Source: Eledone cirrhosa
Taxonomy: Eukaryota
DNA: 64,000 nt
Assembly: GCA_964016885.1 (NCBI GenBank)
Contig: OZ024745.1
Span: forward strand, 107,136,001-107,200,000
Direction: 5' to 3'
The notes below the pieces were generated by a model. The model saw nothing but the letters and a program-made list of their open reading frames with translations, was not told the origin of the DNA and made no database searches. Shown here piece by piece: positions 1 through 13,230 of the stretch. Within the stretch, counting starts at the first letter, position 1. Every line of letters begins with the position of its first letter. The translations under genes and the position numbers were made by a program.

Positions 1-489
1 GTGTGTAAATAGAGGAATTGATAAATAAATTTGAAAACTTTCAAACTGACAGCCAAATTGATAATTTTACTTGTTCATGTATGGAGTGTGTAGAAATGAG
101 TAAAGCGTGTGCGTATACATGTATTGTCTGGTTGTGTGTGTGTGCGTATATGTTTGTGGGTGTCTGTCGTTGTGCATGAATGTGTGTGTTCATGTTTTTG
201 TTGGGGTGTGTACGTGTGTATAATGACTTTGGTATTTGCATGTGATCCGCATTGATCTATCTCTCGGTTTATGTATCTATATTAATTTTACAGAATTAAT
301 TCTGTTTCGATTCTTAAAGTGTCTGATTTACGAATATTGTGATCAGTTTCTTAAAGAATTAAAGCAGAATTAATTCTCTCGAACTAGAATACACTTAAAG
401 TTAATTGTAACACGTCAAACCATATAACCTAATACAATTTAATTATAGGGTAAATCCAAACGGGTAAATACATGATAGGTTTCATGCCG

Positions 490-1160
490 CGTGCCTCATG
501 GCTGCAATGAAAGTCAGTGCTGCGAAAACTGAAACACCCATCCAGTCAAGGAAGCCTGTGCAGTGCACTCAACACGTAAATGGAGTTCCACTGAAGCAGG
601 TTTAGAAGTTCAATTATCTCGGGGCCGTGTCCCCAAGTGATGGAAAGTATGATGCTGAATTAAGTGCAAGAATTGTAGGAGCAATTCGCTATCTTCGATT
701 CGGTATTTGTGCAATCCCTTACTTGTTATCATGAATCTTGGGTAATAACGGAAAGCATACGATCGCGAATACAAGCGGCCGGAATGGGTTTCCTTCGAAT
801 GGTCTTTTGTGTAACGTTAATCGATACAGTGCGTAGTTCGGGGATCAGAGAGTCACTCCAGGTAGAGCCGCCACTTCTCTGTGAATTGAGAGATCACAGA
901 TCCGATACTATGGGCATGTGGTTAGAATGTCTCAGGAAAGAATCGGTGGACAGATTTTACGGGTAAAGCCAACCGACAGGAGGCCCAGGGGTAGACCCCG
1001 AGAAAGATGGTTGGATAACATCCGTGAGTTTGGCTGGTCTCGCTTGGGGATCCAGTCGGATCAGTTGGAGATGGTTGGTTCTGACAGGATCCGCTGGAGG
1101 GAGAGTTTGAGGACAGTCTCCACGACCCTCTCAGGAATAAGTGGGCGAAGAAGAAAAAGA
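490..1160 (+). mobile_element. RTE-clade LINE, 5'-truncated degenerate 3' fragment
   Basis: Frameshifted translations give the RTE post-RT motifs [23 protein letters not shown] and [14 protein letters not shown]; ends in a GAAGAA tail. The 3' end recurs at 37430-37660. Confidence 0.85.
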
Positions 1161-1188
1161 TTACACACATTATCTTTCTCTCTCTTTC

Positions 1189-1238
<50 letters not shown>

Positions 1239-1292
1239 CACACACACGCACACACACACGCACACACACACACACGCACACACACACACACG

Positions 1293-1371
<79 letters not shown>

Positions 1372-1575
1372 GAAAGACGTAAAATAAGAAAATTATAAAA
1401 ATTAACTTACTTACTAAAATTTCACTCCAACTAATTAGTTTCTGAAAGGGAATAAACATGGTTTCCGAATGGAAACATGGAGAAATCCTTTCGTTATCAG
1501 GGAAGTCTATTCTCAGCTAAGTTCCCAGGCAATGCGTGGACACAGAGAACTTATACAAAAATAATTCAGTGGATG
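1372..1575 (-). mobile_element. Diverged solo copy of the 555-bp hammerhead repeat family
   Basis: Aligns by eye with 29500-29725 (aaagacgtaaaataagaa...cactccaactaattagtttctg...cagctaagt.ccaggcaatgcg.ggacac). Confidence 0.8.
1424..1506 (-). ncRNA. Degenerate hammerhead ribozyme (core CUGAUAA)
   Basis: Minus strand acttcc-CTGATAA-cgaaagg...cctttca-GAAAC-taatta-GTT-ggagt. The G8A change without a compensating C3U probably inactivates it. Confidence 0.55.
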
Positions 1576-1715
1576 AAAAAAAATGGATTTACGAACATTT
1601 CGTTAGACTAAAAGGAATGAATATTCTTTTTCCGCAAGTATAACTCCTCAGAATCTACATTTTACCGTCTCAGTAACAAAAAAAATGAATAAACCAGAGC
1701 GAAGAACGTAAACAA

Positions 1716-2330
1716 TTACTTACCTAGAAGCTGCTGCGTCATGAGACGCATTAGGCAGCCAAAGTGCTCCAATGACCACGACCAGTTGCATCTATCAATA
1801 CATTGTTCTAACTTTTGTTGACGGGTTGATCTTGATACGTCCTCTTCGCATCGTTCTTGTAGAGGATATTTGTAGAGGATCTGATCAGCATATCTCTCAC
1901 TTGGAAGTCGTGTGATGTGCCCCAACCAGACATGTTGACGCTTGCACATGATGTTAGACACATGTTTTTGGTAGGTTCATTGACGGCCTTTTATGTTAGT
2001 GATGAAGTCAATTTCCGTAGGCATTTGGTGTCAAAAGCATCTAACTAGTTCTCTTGGCAGATTTTCACACTCCGTGTTTCGCAGCCATATAGGAGCGTTG
2101 AAAGCACAGTGCTGTTGTAAAATCTCATCTTGGTATTAAGCAAAGTATTTTGCTTCTCCAGATCTTGTCGAGTTGCTTAAAGACTATCTGGAATTAATTT
2201 CTTTCGTCATGTCCCCCGTTCCTGTTGATAGAACTCCCAGGTAGATGAAGTCGTTCACAATCTCTATATCCTCCTGATTAATGCAAACGTTTGCGGACTG
2301 ACTAGAGGAACAGAAGCTCCTCTCCTCGAA
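1716..2330 (-). mobile_element. RTE-like LINE fragment (degenerate)
   Basis: Minus-strand peptides INQEDIEIVNDFIYLG...KEINSR, STLLYGCET and WLGHITRL are typical of the RTE C-terminal region; stops and frameshifts present. Confidence 0.8.
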
Positions 2331-3344
2331 TTTGCTAGAAAATATTGCGGCCACTGCCAAAAATACATCCGATTTTCGTATCTGATAGAAAAGATGGGGG
2401 ACATCCGTAGCCAGCATCGGTCTCCAGATCAATGTCAAAAAGACTAAGAACTTACTACCAAACATACCAACAAACGCCTTCATCAATCAAGAGATAACCG
2501 TAAACAAAGCATTCAAATATTGTAGGGAAAACTTCAAAATTTATTGAATTCTAAAGGGGTAATTAAAAATGTATAAATGATAAAATATAAAAAAAAACAT
2601 CGTTTAGTAACTAAACGATATTTAAAAAATATTTTATCATTTATAACGGGATGCGTTGGAATAGCCATACCAACTCACGTGGACCACTCCTATGGGTAGC
2701 CTACTACGCTGTGCTAGTAGTGAGTAAGGATGTGGTCCGGGAGCAAGGAACGCCGGAAGTCTCCACAGCTTCAGGCTCCACCACAGACCTACCACAAAAC
2801 TATTTAGCTATCAATTACCGTGAGGCTTTAGATTTCTTTCTATAACGTTGAGGAAAATTTCAATTCAGCCAACTTCATGCCACTGCACACTTTGGGATAT
2901 TACCTTTAGATTTTTTTTATTTTCAATTATACATATATATTCATTTATATTAAGGCTAAACAGTGAGTCTTGTTACTCTGGAGTTTTGCCTGTTAATCAC
3001 AGTGTCATAAGAAAATAATGATGTTCTAAGCATATTTATGAAAGTTTATTGAAAATCAAAGTATTATCAGAATTCCACAAAAATAGCTCAAAATGCCCAG
3101 AGTGACTCTATATCGTATTTCTATCTGCTTTACCTACGATGTTTAAAACACATGCATGTACGCATTCATACTCACTCACATACATTGAAACAACAATGTT
3201 AGACGTAGACACACAAACACATGCTCACTCACAAGGACACACACACATATGCGTATACATACATACTGCATACATACATACGTACATACATAAATACATA
3301 CATACATACATACATACATACATACATACATACATACATACATA

Positions 3345-4212
3345 AAAAATTGACCAATTTACAGAAAAAGTTGTGCATGGATACTTGAGGCGTAAAACAC
3401 AGACCATAGAGGGGATAAACCACTCAAAAAGCCTGGCATGGAGTTCCGACAAGTTTATGACATCACACCTTGAGGGATATCTCTATGCAATACAGGAACA
3501 AGAACTCTCTACCAAATATCTGCTGCACAAAAGAGGAGGGCCAGCAGCTGACAATAAATGTAGGCTATGTAAAACAAAGATCGAGGATGTAAGCCACATT
3601 GTTGCCAGCTGCGAAAGAATGTCATCTCGCTACTACCTCCCCATGAGACACGATGGGATAGCTAGAACCATCTGGAACGCACTTCGGAAAACAAAATTAA
3701 CAACAAACGAGGAAGAATATATTGAGACAGATGGCACTAAGGAATACTGGTGGAACCTGAAAATAAAAACTGCCACCAGATTAAAGCACAACCGGCCTGA
3801 TATTGTAGTTTGGGACCACACATTGAAAACGTGTTCTGTTGTGGAGATCAGCTGCCCACTTGATGTAAACGTTGTCAGAAAAATACAGGAGAAGGAGGAC
3901 ATCTACAGACCATTGATGAGGAGTTTACAAATCCTGTATCCAAGATACACCTTTAGCTTCATACCCATCATTATTGGTGCTACGGGTTATATACCAACCC
4001 CCTTGGACCAAAGTATGACTGAACTTGGATTTGCGGACAAAAAGCGCAGCTCCCTAATTCATAGTCTACAAATGGCTGCGATAGCTGGCACCTTCAAAAT
4101 TTGCAAAACATTCTTGCGATTCAAGGGATGACAATTTCTTTTCTTTTACAACCTTGCCACCAGGAAGGTGGCCGGTCAAAAAAATATACTCAAAATTAAG
4201 AGAAAGAGAAAA
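3345..4212 (+). mobile_element. R4/Dong-like RLE non-LTR retrotransposon, 5'-truncated
   Basis: ORF 3373-4131 has AIQEQ, a CCHC knuckle (CRLCKTKIEDVSHIVASC), RHD and a PD-(D/E)xK-type nuclease (RPDIVVWD...VVEISCP); flanked on both sides by (CATA)n. Confidence 0.9.
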
Positions 4213-4251
4213 CATACATACATGTATACGTACGTACGTAGAAACATACAT

Positions 4252-4770
4252 ACCTAATGGTGCAAACTCTGCTAAGAGTATTGCAAACGCTTGTCAGATT
4301 ACAGAAAATGGTGCACTTTTAGGCTACAGCCACACAAACCTATAACATAACCTGAGCAAGCAATGCCTGTGCTCTGAAGGTTTTTTTAAGTAGGAAAAGG
4401 CCTTGTACTCGACCAATCCCATTCTCTGAGCATTGAAAACACTAACCGAAAAGGAGAACTGGTCAACATCATCGGATGCTTCCGAAGCCGCAGGGTTTTT
4501 TTTTTTTTTTTTTTCAGAGTTTCCCTCCCTTAGAAAGGTGTTGTAACAACAACTGGGGGCCTTTCACTCCCAGGTAAAAAGAAAATACTATTTGGATGGC
4601 CGTTGACACTGCTGAGTTCCTCCGCCCTTTGTCTGGTCTTGTATTTCATCCCGCAGGGTGTCCAATATAGCCCTCCTCACCAAGCAAGCTTGGTGGGGTT
4701 GCCGGTTTAGTCACCGACGAACCGACCATGAGACATGTTGTACTGGGTTACATCTTACCAGTAGCACTTG
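4252..4770 (-). mobile_element. Non-autonomous retroelement with RTE 5'UTR-like sequence (diverged relative of the 580-bp family)
   Basis: Shares gactaaac.ggcaaccccaccaag....cttggtgaggaggg, ggaca..ctgcggga and gaaactctga with 18473-19052; non-coding; embedded in TACA repeats. Confidence 0.65.
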
Positions 4771-4794
4771 AGAGCCACCATACATACATACATA

Positions 4795-5155
4795 GTACAA
4801 ATCTTGAGAAGCTGGGCTTCACAGAAACAGAAAGAACACAACTAGTTAGGAAATTACGAGTACAATCAATTAATGGAACATTAAAAATATGAAAATCATT
4901 CCAAAAATTCTGCATCTACTAACTGTACATACACATGTACAGATAAAAAGCATATGCACATGCACGCATATACTTCAAAACTCCCACATTCACACCTACA
5001 ATAACATTCATACCTGCACACACACGCAAGTATTCAGACATCCATACATATATACCTAGTTGATGTTCTTTAAATTCCAATGAGCCTTGTGTCTGTGTCA
5101 GAAACCGACTCTCTCTCTATTGGTAAACATTTATGAAATCATAAAACGAGAAGAA
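4795..5155 (+). mobile_element. R4/Dong-like short 3' fragment
   Basis: Highly similar to 6075-6425 (NLEKLGFTETERTQLVRKL plus 3' UTR); ends agaagaa then TACA repeats. Confidence 0.85.
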
Positions 5156-5266
5156 TATACATACATAAATTCATACACACATACATACGTAGAGACATGC
5201 ATACTTTCATTCATACATACACACACACATTCATACGTACGTACATACATACATTCATACATACAT

Positions 5267-6425
5267 AACCTCGAAGCGTAGGAGCCCGCTTCTCGAGCAA
5301 GTTTATCTGCATGAAACAGATAAGATCATGAGAGTTGGGAAGGAACTCCTTGAGAGATATTCCCTGTGTGATAATCAAAAACTCACACCCAGGGAAGTCT
5401 CTCAGCAGTATCGCAGTGAATCCATGGATGAAAAACTGCATGCTTATCAGCAAAAAATTATGCATGGATATGTTGCCAGGAAGCTCCAGAGTGAGAGTAA
5501 TATAGATAAGGAAAGTAGTCTATCTTGGACCAACAAAGATACGCTTTTGCAATCCAAGAACAGGAAATTAACACGAAATACCTGATTCACAAAAGAGATA
5601 GGGATGCATGCAAAATATCTAGATGTGATAACAAGTGCAGACTCTGCAGAATTAACATCGAAGATGTCACCCATATCATCAGCAGTTGTCCAAATATGTC
5701 ATCGCGGTACTATCTACCTATGAGGCATGATGTAGTGGCCAAAACACTGTACAATGCAGTTCGTGAAAAAGATAGCCCCGATAATAAACACATTAAAAGC
5801 TACAACAATGTGGAAGACATCCATGTACATAATATGAAAGAGTACTGGTGGAATGTTCCAGTAAAAACCCCAATAAAATGCAGGCATAACAGACCAGATA
5901 TTATGATATGGGACAGGGAGAAGAAAACATGCACCGTAGTGGAAATTAGCTGCCCAGCAGATGCCAATATAGTATCAAAGATTAGTGAAAATCTGCAGAT
6001 ACTCCACCGTGATTACACCTTCAGATTTATGCCTGTGATTATTGGGACATTGGGGTATGTTAGTAACTGCCTCAATACAAATCTTGAGAAGCTAGGCTTC
6101 ACAGGAACAGAAAGAACACAACTAGTTAGGAAACTACAAGTACAATCCATTAATGGAGCAGTAAAAATATGTAAAACATTCCAAAAATTTCGCATCTAAT
6201 AACTGCATATACACATGTACAGATACAAAGCATATACACATGCACACATACAACTCAAAATATACACATCCACACATACAATAACATCCATATCTACACA
6301 TGCATGCATACATACATATCTACCTAGTTGATGTTGTGTAAATTCCAATGAGAGTCTTGTGTCTATGTTAGAAACCGACTCTCTCTCTATTGGTAAAACT
6401 TTGTGAAATTATAAAACCAGAAGAA
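5267..6425 (+). mobile_element. R4/Dong-like RLE non-LTR retrotransposon, second family, 5'-truncated
   Basis: ORFs 5328-5585 and 5525-6199 carry AIQEQ, CRLCRINIEDVTHIISSC, RHD and RPDIMIWD...VVEISCP; frameshift and small internal deletions; flanked by (CATA)n. Confidence 0.9.
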
Positions 6426-6854
6426 CATACATACATACATACATACATACATTCATTCATTCATACATACATACATACATTCATTCATACATACATACAT
6501 TCATATATACATTCATACATACATACATTCATACATACATACATACATGCATGCATGCATACATACATGCATACATACATACATACATGCATATATGCAT
6601 ACATACATACATTCATTGATACATACATACATACATACATACATACATACATACATACATTGATACATACATTCATATATACATATTTCATTCATACATA
6701 CATACATTCATACATACATAGATTCATACATACATACATTCATACATACATACAAGCATGCATGCATATATACATACATACATGCATACATACATACATA
6801 CATACATACATACATGCATACATACATACATACATACATACATACATACATACA

Positions 6855-6935
<81 letters not shown>
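6426..6935. repeat. Long imperfect (TACA)n/(TA)n microsatellite
   Basis: Directly visible. Confidence 0.95.
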
Positions 6936-6938
<3 letters not shown>

Positions 6939-7570
6939 CCTACATGATAGACACACACAAATACAAATACAAATATACACAACTGAGATACATACGCCAA
7001 AAAAAAAATAGATCGTACAACAAAGCCACCAAACACTGAACAATATCATAGCAACAGTCACTCAGTCAGTCACCTTACATTTGCTTCTGACATCTAACCA
7101 CCACTGCCTTTCTTAGACACTTACGCCTGCGCTGTGTTCCCCGAAAAAAATCAACCTCACCTGACCACCAATCACATTACTTTGTACAACAGAACATTCT
7201 ATACACGCATGGAAAAGACGTCAAGAAGTCGGAACAATCTCACAGCTACTCTCTCTAATTTTCTCTCTTACTCTACGTTACTTCTCTTACAGATTTCCCT
7301 TTCGCTCTCTTTCTTTCTCATTATCATAGTATAATCATATATTTGCACACAGAAACAAACGCATATACAGCCACTCATACACAACATTCGGGTTATTTTC
7401 GTCGACTTAGGGTCTCGTCTTTAATATATGCAGCACATGCATAATCACAGCAAAGAAACATTGTCAGATCAGTAATGTACACATACATGTTTCTTGTGAT
7501 ACAGTGCATCACACATACAGACACACACAGACACACGCAGACTCACACGCACACACATGCACATACAGAT

Positions 7571-7642
<72 letters not shown>

Positions 7643-7838
7643 ATTTATATATATACACACACTAAACTATATATGTATTAATATATATATATATAAAAGT
7701 ATGCGTTGACCAATGCACCAGCCTGCTCTTAAAATTAGAGTGTTAGGAATCGTCTTCATACGTATGCGAACGTAGGCCGAAGACCATAACCTTTACGTGA
7801 CGCATTTTCAAACACACAAGTGCACACATACACACACA

Positions 7839-7871
<33 letters not shown>

Positions 7872-7874
<3 letters not shown>

Positions 7875-8250
7875 ACGAAGGAAATGTGGTAAGGAACCAG
7901 GTGGACCATAACGCACCAAAGTACTCAATACTTGGGGTAGTAGAGTGGCTAATAGGAACCAGTAAGACTCCGACGGCTGAGCTTAAGCCGTTTCGACGGC
8001 TAATTCTGGACTAAATGAAAATTTATCCTGGTATTTATATAGACGATCTTCTCAAGGGGTAATTCCATATATGGTCAAAGTGATTGTCAAAAGTCAGTAG
8101 TAATTCTGTGATTGCAAATTAGTAGGGGAGATGGTGGCTAAACCTGCCGAGAAGATCGGCTAATTAAATACCAGGATAAATTTTCATTTAGTCCAGAATT
8201 AGCCGTCAAAACGGCTTGAGCTCAGCCGTCGGGGTCTTACTGGTTCCTAT
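7872..8250 (-). mobile_element. TA-flanked fold-back mini-element, Penelope pLTR-like
   Basis: Inverted repeat of ~7952-8053 versus ~8149-8250; contains a hammerhead motif and an ACTC...GAGTAC tail on the minus strand. Confidence 0.7.
7967..8060 (-). ncRNA. Hammerhead ribozyme, U3/A8 core variant
   Basis: acccc-TTGAGAA-gatcg...ccgtc-GAAA-cggct taagctc agccg-TC-ggagt. In the inverted copy the stem I 3' arm reads ggggt and stem II is a clean cggctaatt/aattagccg. Confidence 0.6.
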
Positions 8251-8450
8251 ATATATATATATATATATATATATACTCAGATTAGCTAACAGGAGGTCCT
8301 TTGCGTGGTTATGGAACGTGCAAAAAATAGCAGGATAATCACCAGTAATGGACACCATATAATCTCTAAAAATGAAGCGATATTAGATAATGTAGTTCCC
8401 GGAGAGACTCTACCTGAAAGAAAATGGGATTTCTCTCTCTCTCCCCCCCC

Positions 8451-8499
<49 letters not shown>

Positions 8500-9404
8500 C
8501 TTCCATTTCACTCTCTCTGGCTTGGGCTGTGATTAGGTTCGGGGAACACCGATTATACCGTCATATTCTGAAGATATGAAAAAGAATACAGATCGAAAAG
8601 TCTAGAAAGTTGTCATTCGAAAAATGAAAAAAAAAACAACAACCAAAATCCACTGGTTTGCAACTAGAACCGTTTAAGGATAGCTTGATATGCAGTTTGG
8701 CATTTCTTTGATTTTGTATGAAGCTAACCTGGGAGCCAGAGGACGTGGGTTGGATTTTCAGTATCTGAGGAATACATTTGAAGCGTTACTCAAATATGGC
8801 GGTTACTTTTCATGTATAGAAGACTACCTTCACTGCAGAAACACTTTCAACACAAAAGAGAAGGTTCCATTCGAAACATTACATCAAAATATCCAGTTAT
8901 TCTGAAAGCAGAAACCTGCAACAGACTTTGTATAACAGCGCATGTAATAGAGAAACACTGAAAAAATATTATATCTAAGTTGTTATAGAAATCGTATTGA
9001 ATCACACAGAAAAAACCATGTTCTAATAAGGACTACCGTAGAAGTTCTATAGAGATCGTATAGTAGACGTAGTTATTTAACTGCGCGTTTTGTAAAGCTT
9101 TTTACAATTTGTTAAACACCACGTCCGAACAGAAAGAAGCCGAACTTTGTGTTATACAGAACAATTGTATTTGTTTTATGTATAGTTCTATTTAATTTCT
9201 CTGTATGTAAATATTCATGCAATTTGCAACCAATATAATCAATCAATCGATGAAATCTCTCGACCAATTTGTCAAGCAGTGAGTCAATCAATCAATCGAA
9301 CTCTTCTAATAAATCAATGTGTCAATCTGACAACAAACCTAGCAAATCGTCTCTTCCTCTCTCTCTCTCCCTACGTACCTACCTACTCTTCAATCCATCC
9401 ATCC

Positions 9405-9640
<236 letters not shown>

Positions 9641-9719
9641 CTTTCTTTCTATTTAGCTCTATCTATCTATTTATCTACATCCCCTCCTTGCAACCCCTAC
9701 TCCAAATATATATATATAT

Positions 9720-10142
9720 GGTGGCTGCCAACTCGTTTTCGAGTACGGCCACTACTTTATATCCATGTAGGAGAACCACTACCGATGCGCTGAACAAGTG
9801 TAACTTTTTAGTCCAGCCAGCGACTTGAAAACTCTGGTACAAACACTACACTTGTGACAATTACTGACACACAGTGCTGGGCCCATGGTACCATGTGACG
9901 ACAAGTGCATAGAGATCTCCAGATATAAAGCAATGCCTGTGCCGTGAAGCTTTTATAGTGAGCAAAGGCACTGCACAAAGCCAGTCCCACTCTCTTAACC
10001 AAGATGATATTTACCAAAAAGAAGAACAAGTCAACATCATTGGATACCATCAGCGTTGCAGGTGTTGTATCAGAGTTTTCCTTCTCCTAGAATTCTGCCT
10101 TGACAAAGGCTAAGGGGTCTATCTCTCCCGGTGATTTTGGAT
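9720..10142 (-). mobile_element. 580-bp non-autonomous family, 5'-truncated copy
   Basis: Near-identical to 27832-28252. Confidence 0.85.
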
Positions 10143-10178
10143 ACATACATACATACATATATATAATATATATATATA

Positions 10179-10244
<66 letters not shown>

Positions 10245-10246
10245 TA

Positions 10247-10695
<449 letters not shown>

Positions 10696-10778
10696 TGTGT
10701 GGGTGCGTGTGCGTGTGTGTGTGTGTGTATGTGAGAATAGACAATATAAATAGACGTTTGAAAAAGTTAATAATTGGC

Positions 10779-10811
<33 letters not shown>

Positions 10812-10816
10812 ATTTG

Positions 10817-10859
<43 letters not shown>

Positions 10860-11666
10860 ATAGGAAAGAGAAAGTGAGTGTGTGCGCACACGCATTCATA
10901 TGTACATTTAAACAGTTCTCAGTCTGTATTATCCCATTTAGAGCTACCATTCACGTCTTACTCTCTTGTTCACCTTCGATCTTTCCACCTCTTCTCTCCC
11001 ATCTCTTCCTCTCATGCTCATTCTTACATTTCTCTCATCTTACTCCTAACCCTCTCTCATTTCATTCCAACCTTCTCATCTCACACTAGCCGCCCTCTTA
11101 GCATAAATGCTATATCGAAAATGTTATCTCAGCCATCAGCTCAAATAGATATGTCATAAATAGACTGAAACACAGCGTCAACATGGCGTCGATGGAGGTT
11201 TTTCCACCGAAATTTGCGGTAGCTTTCTATTCTTACAAGAGAATCAAATATTCGGCCGCCATATGTAAATGATGGCTCATATATCTAACAGTCGAAGATG
11301 GTTATGTCAGAAGCACGCCTATTCAGAAATTTGTCCGAACTTTTCGCCATACAAACTCCAGAGTAAAAGGCCATAAGACTATTATATTATTCAAACTCAA
11401 CAAATTCATTGAAAGGGCCACACACGAAAACAGACGTCGCATTCAACAACCACGAAACTTAAAAAGGGAAGTGAGACTGTACTCTTCTTCTTTCCCTTCT
11501 CTTTCTTAATCATAATTATCTTGCCCCCCCCCCCTCTTTCATTTCGTTTTTTCTCCTCTCTCTCTCTCTCTCTTATTATTTCTAAGAATGATGTTTCCAT
11601 TACTTATACTATCTTCTTTCTACCCCCTCTCTCTATCTATCTATCTATCCATCTATCTATCAAGAA

Positions 11667-11702
<36 letters not shown>

Positions 11703-11740
11703 CTATTTCTCTCTCTCTTTCTTCCACTCTCTCTCTCTCT

Positions 11741-11795
<55 letters not shown>

Positions 11796-11809
11796 TTTGT
11801 TTTCTATTC

Positions 11810-12232
11810 TCCCGCCACTACGTAAAATTTGTAAATCGGTGGCTGGTCGAAGGACAGAATTGTATCGGATTCCAGTTGCTAATCACTTTACCGTGTCGGC
11901 TGTCACAAACAGTCATGGCCGGCATGGGCTGGGGTTTGGATTCTGTCGATCAATTGGTTATTGATTAGGCGATACCCGCTGATGAAGCCACATACGCCGA
12001 TTATGCATTGTTGCATAATATATGCAGATAGAGGGTGCAGTGCACTTTACTGCTGCATTAAGTGTGGCCGAAACTCGAGTCCGGGAACTATTATAGGCAC
12101 CCGTTTTACGTGTGTTGTATTGAAGCGAATAACTATGTGTAGACTCTGGGAATGTATCTTACATTGCCTATTGAGTACGCTGAGATACAACTGGACCTGG
12201 CATTGATAAATATGGTGGGTCCGTCAACTCCT

Positions 12233-12238
<6 letters not shown>
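11810..12238 (+). mobile_element. ~430-bp hammerhead-containing element (copy 1)
   Basis: Second copy in reverse orientation at 58083-58503; ends in (TA)n. Confidence 0.85.
11975..12085 (+). ncRNA. Type I hammerhead ribozyme with ~80-nt stem II extension
   Basis: cccg-CTGATGA-a-gccacat...gtgtggc-c-GAAAC-tcga-GTC-cggg; palindromic TCGA loop 3; GUC cleavage triplet. Confidence 0.8.
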
Positions 12239-12289
<51 letters not shown>

Positions 12290-12293
<4 letters not shown>

Positions 12294-12402
12294 GCTGAGT
12301 GGTTAGAAAATTGGATTCACAATCTTGAGGTTGTGAGTTCGATTCCTGGACCGGGCGATGCGTTATGTCCTTGAGCAAGACACTTTATTTCACGTTGCTC
12401 CT
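12290..12402 (+). mobile_element. tRNA-derived SINE, second family (5' part)
   Basis: A box tggctgagtgg, B box gttcgattcc, then gtccttgagcaagacacttt; related copies at 43220-43345 and 57730-57990. Confidence 0.7.
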
Positions 12403-12619
12403 TCTACCTGGAGTTGCGACCGATAGATAGTACTAGCAACTGGAAAGACCAACGGAAACATTGTTTCCTCGGTCCGATTTGACGAAAGTCGATTGATCCT
12501 TTTATATATAAAATTGTCCTAATGGGATTTATTTTTAATCCTTTCTTTCTTTCTTCCTTTCTTTCAGTCTTTCTTCCTTTCAAACTTTGTTTCATCATCT
12601 TTCTTCAATAAAATATATA

Positions 12620-13230
12620 CAAAATAAAACAATCGAAATGCCCAATAGGGGGAACGTTACTGCGGGCTTGTTTTACAGTCCATGGATAGAACAACCCTCA
12701 ACACCAGGAACACGTCTTGTAGGTGTTCCCGTCTTCCCTCTGTTGATCTTCCTCAACCTACAGGTTTATATACAGAGAAAGCCCATTCACTCGGGCCATT
12801 TTCGTCACATTCATCCACCTTTCAGCGAATTTACTGGAGTGTAGCATCTCTCTCTCCACTCTCACCTTCCTTCTGAAGTGGTACTTAAAGAAAGGGATGA
12901 GTTGTTGTCCGGAGAGAAAGGTGTTTGCCCTCAGTCCTTTTAACCTCGTCCACTATATTACTTCTTTCGGCATAGCCACCAGACAGAGCAAAACCACCTC
13001 TCCTTCATTCTTAAATGACATAATTCCATAGGTCAGTCACCCCTGGGCACTGAACAATTGCGTGCAGAACGGTTTCGATGCATTGCTCGCATCTTGGACA
13101 GGTCCTTTTGGCAGGATCTCTGCCAGGGCGTCCGTACCTGTAGATTTTGTTTCGAACTGGTAGAGCTCCTCGGTAACACTGCCAGGCCAGAGACCTTTGG
13201 AAGTTATCCATAGTCCCTGGACAGAAAGTT
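12620..13230 (-). mobile_element. Tx1/L1-like 3' fragment, same family as 51178-55186
   Basis: SLAWQCYRGALPVR...TCPRCEQCIETVLHAIVQC (zf-RVT-like); aligns to 51290-51965 with a ~80-bp internal deletion near 13017. Confidence 0.85.

Noticed and set aside
7119-7250. Minus-strand GTAAGT donor suggesting an exon
   Set aside because: No acceptor, ORF or other support.
11180-11225. caacATGGCGTCG possible start exon (MASMEVFPPKFA)
   Set aside because: Weak donor and no downstream exons identifiable.
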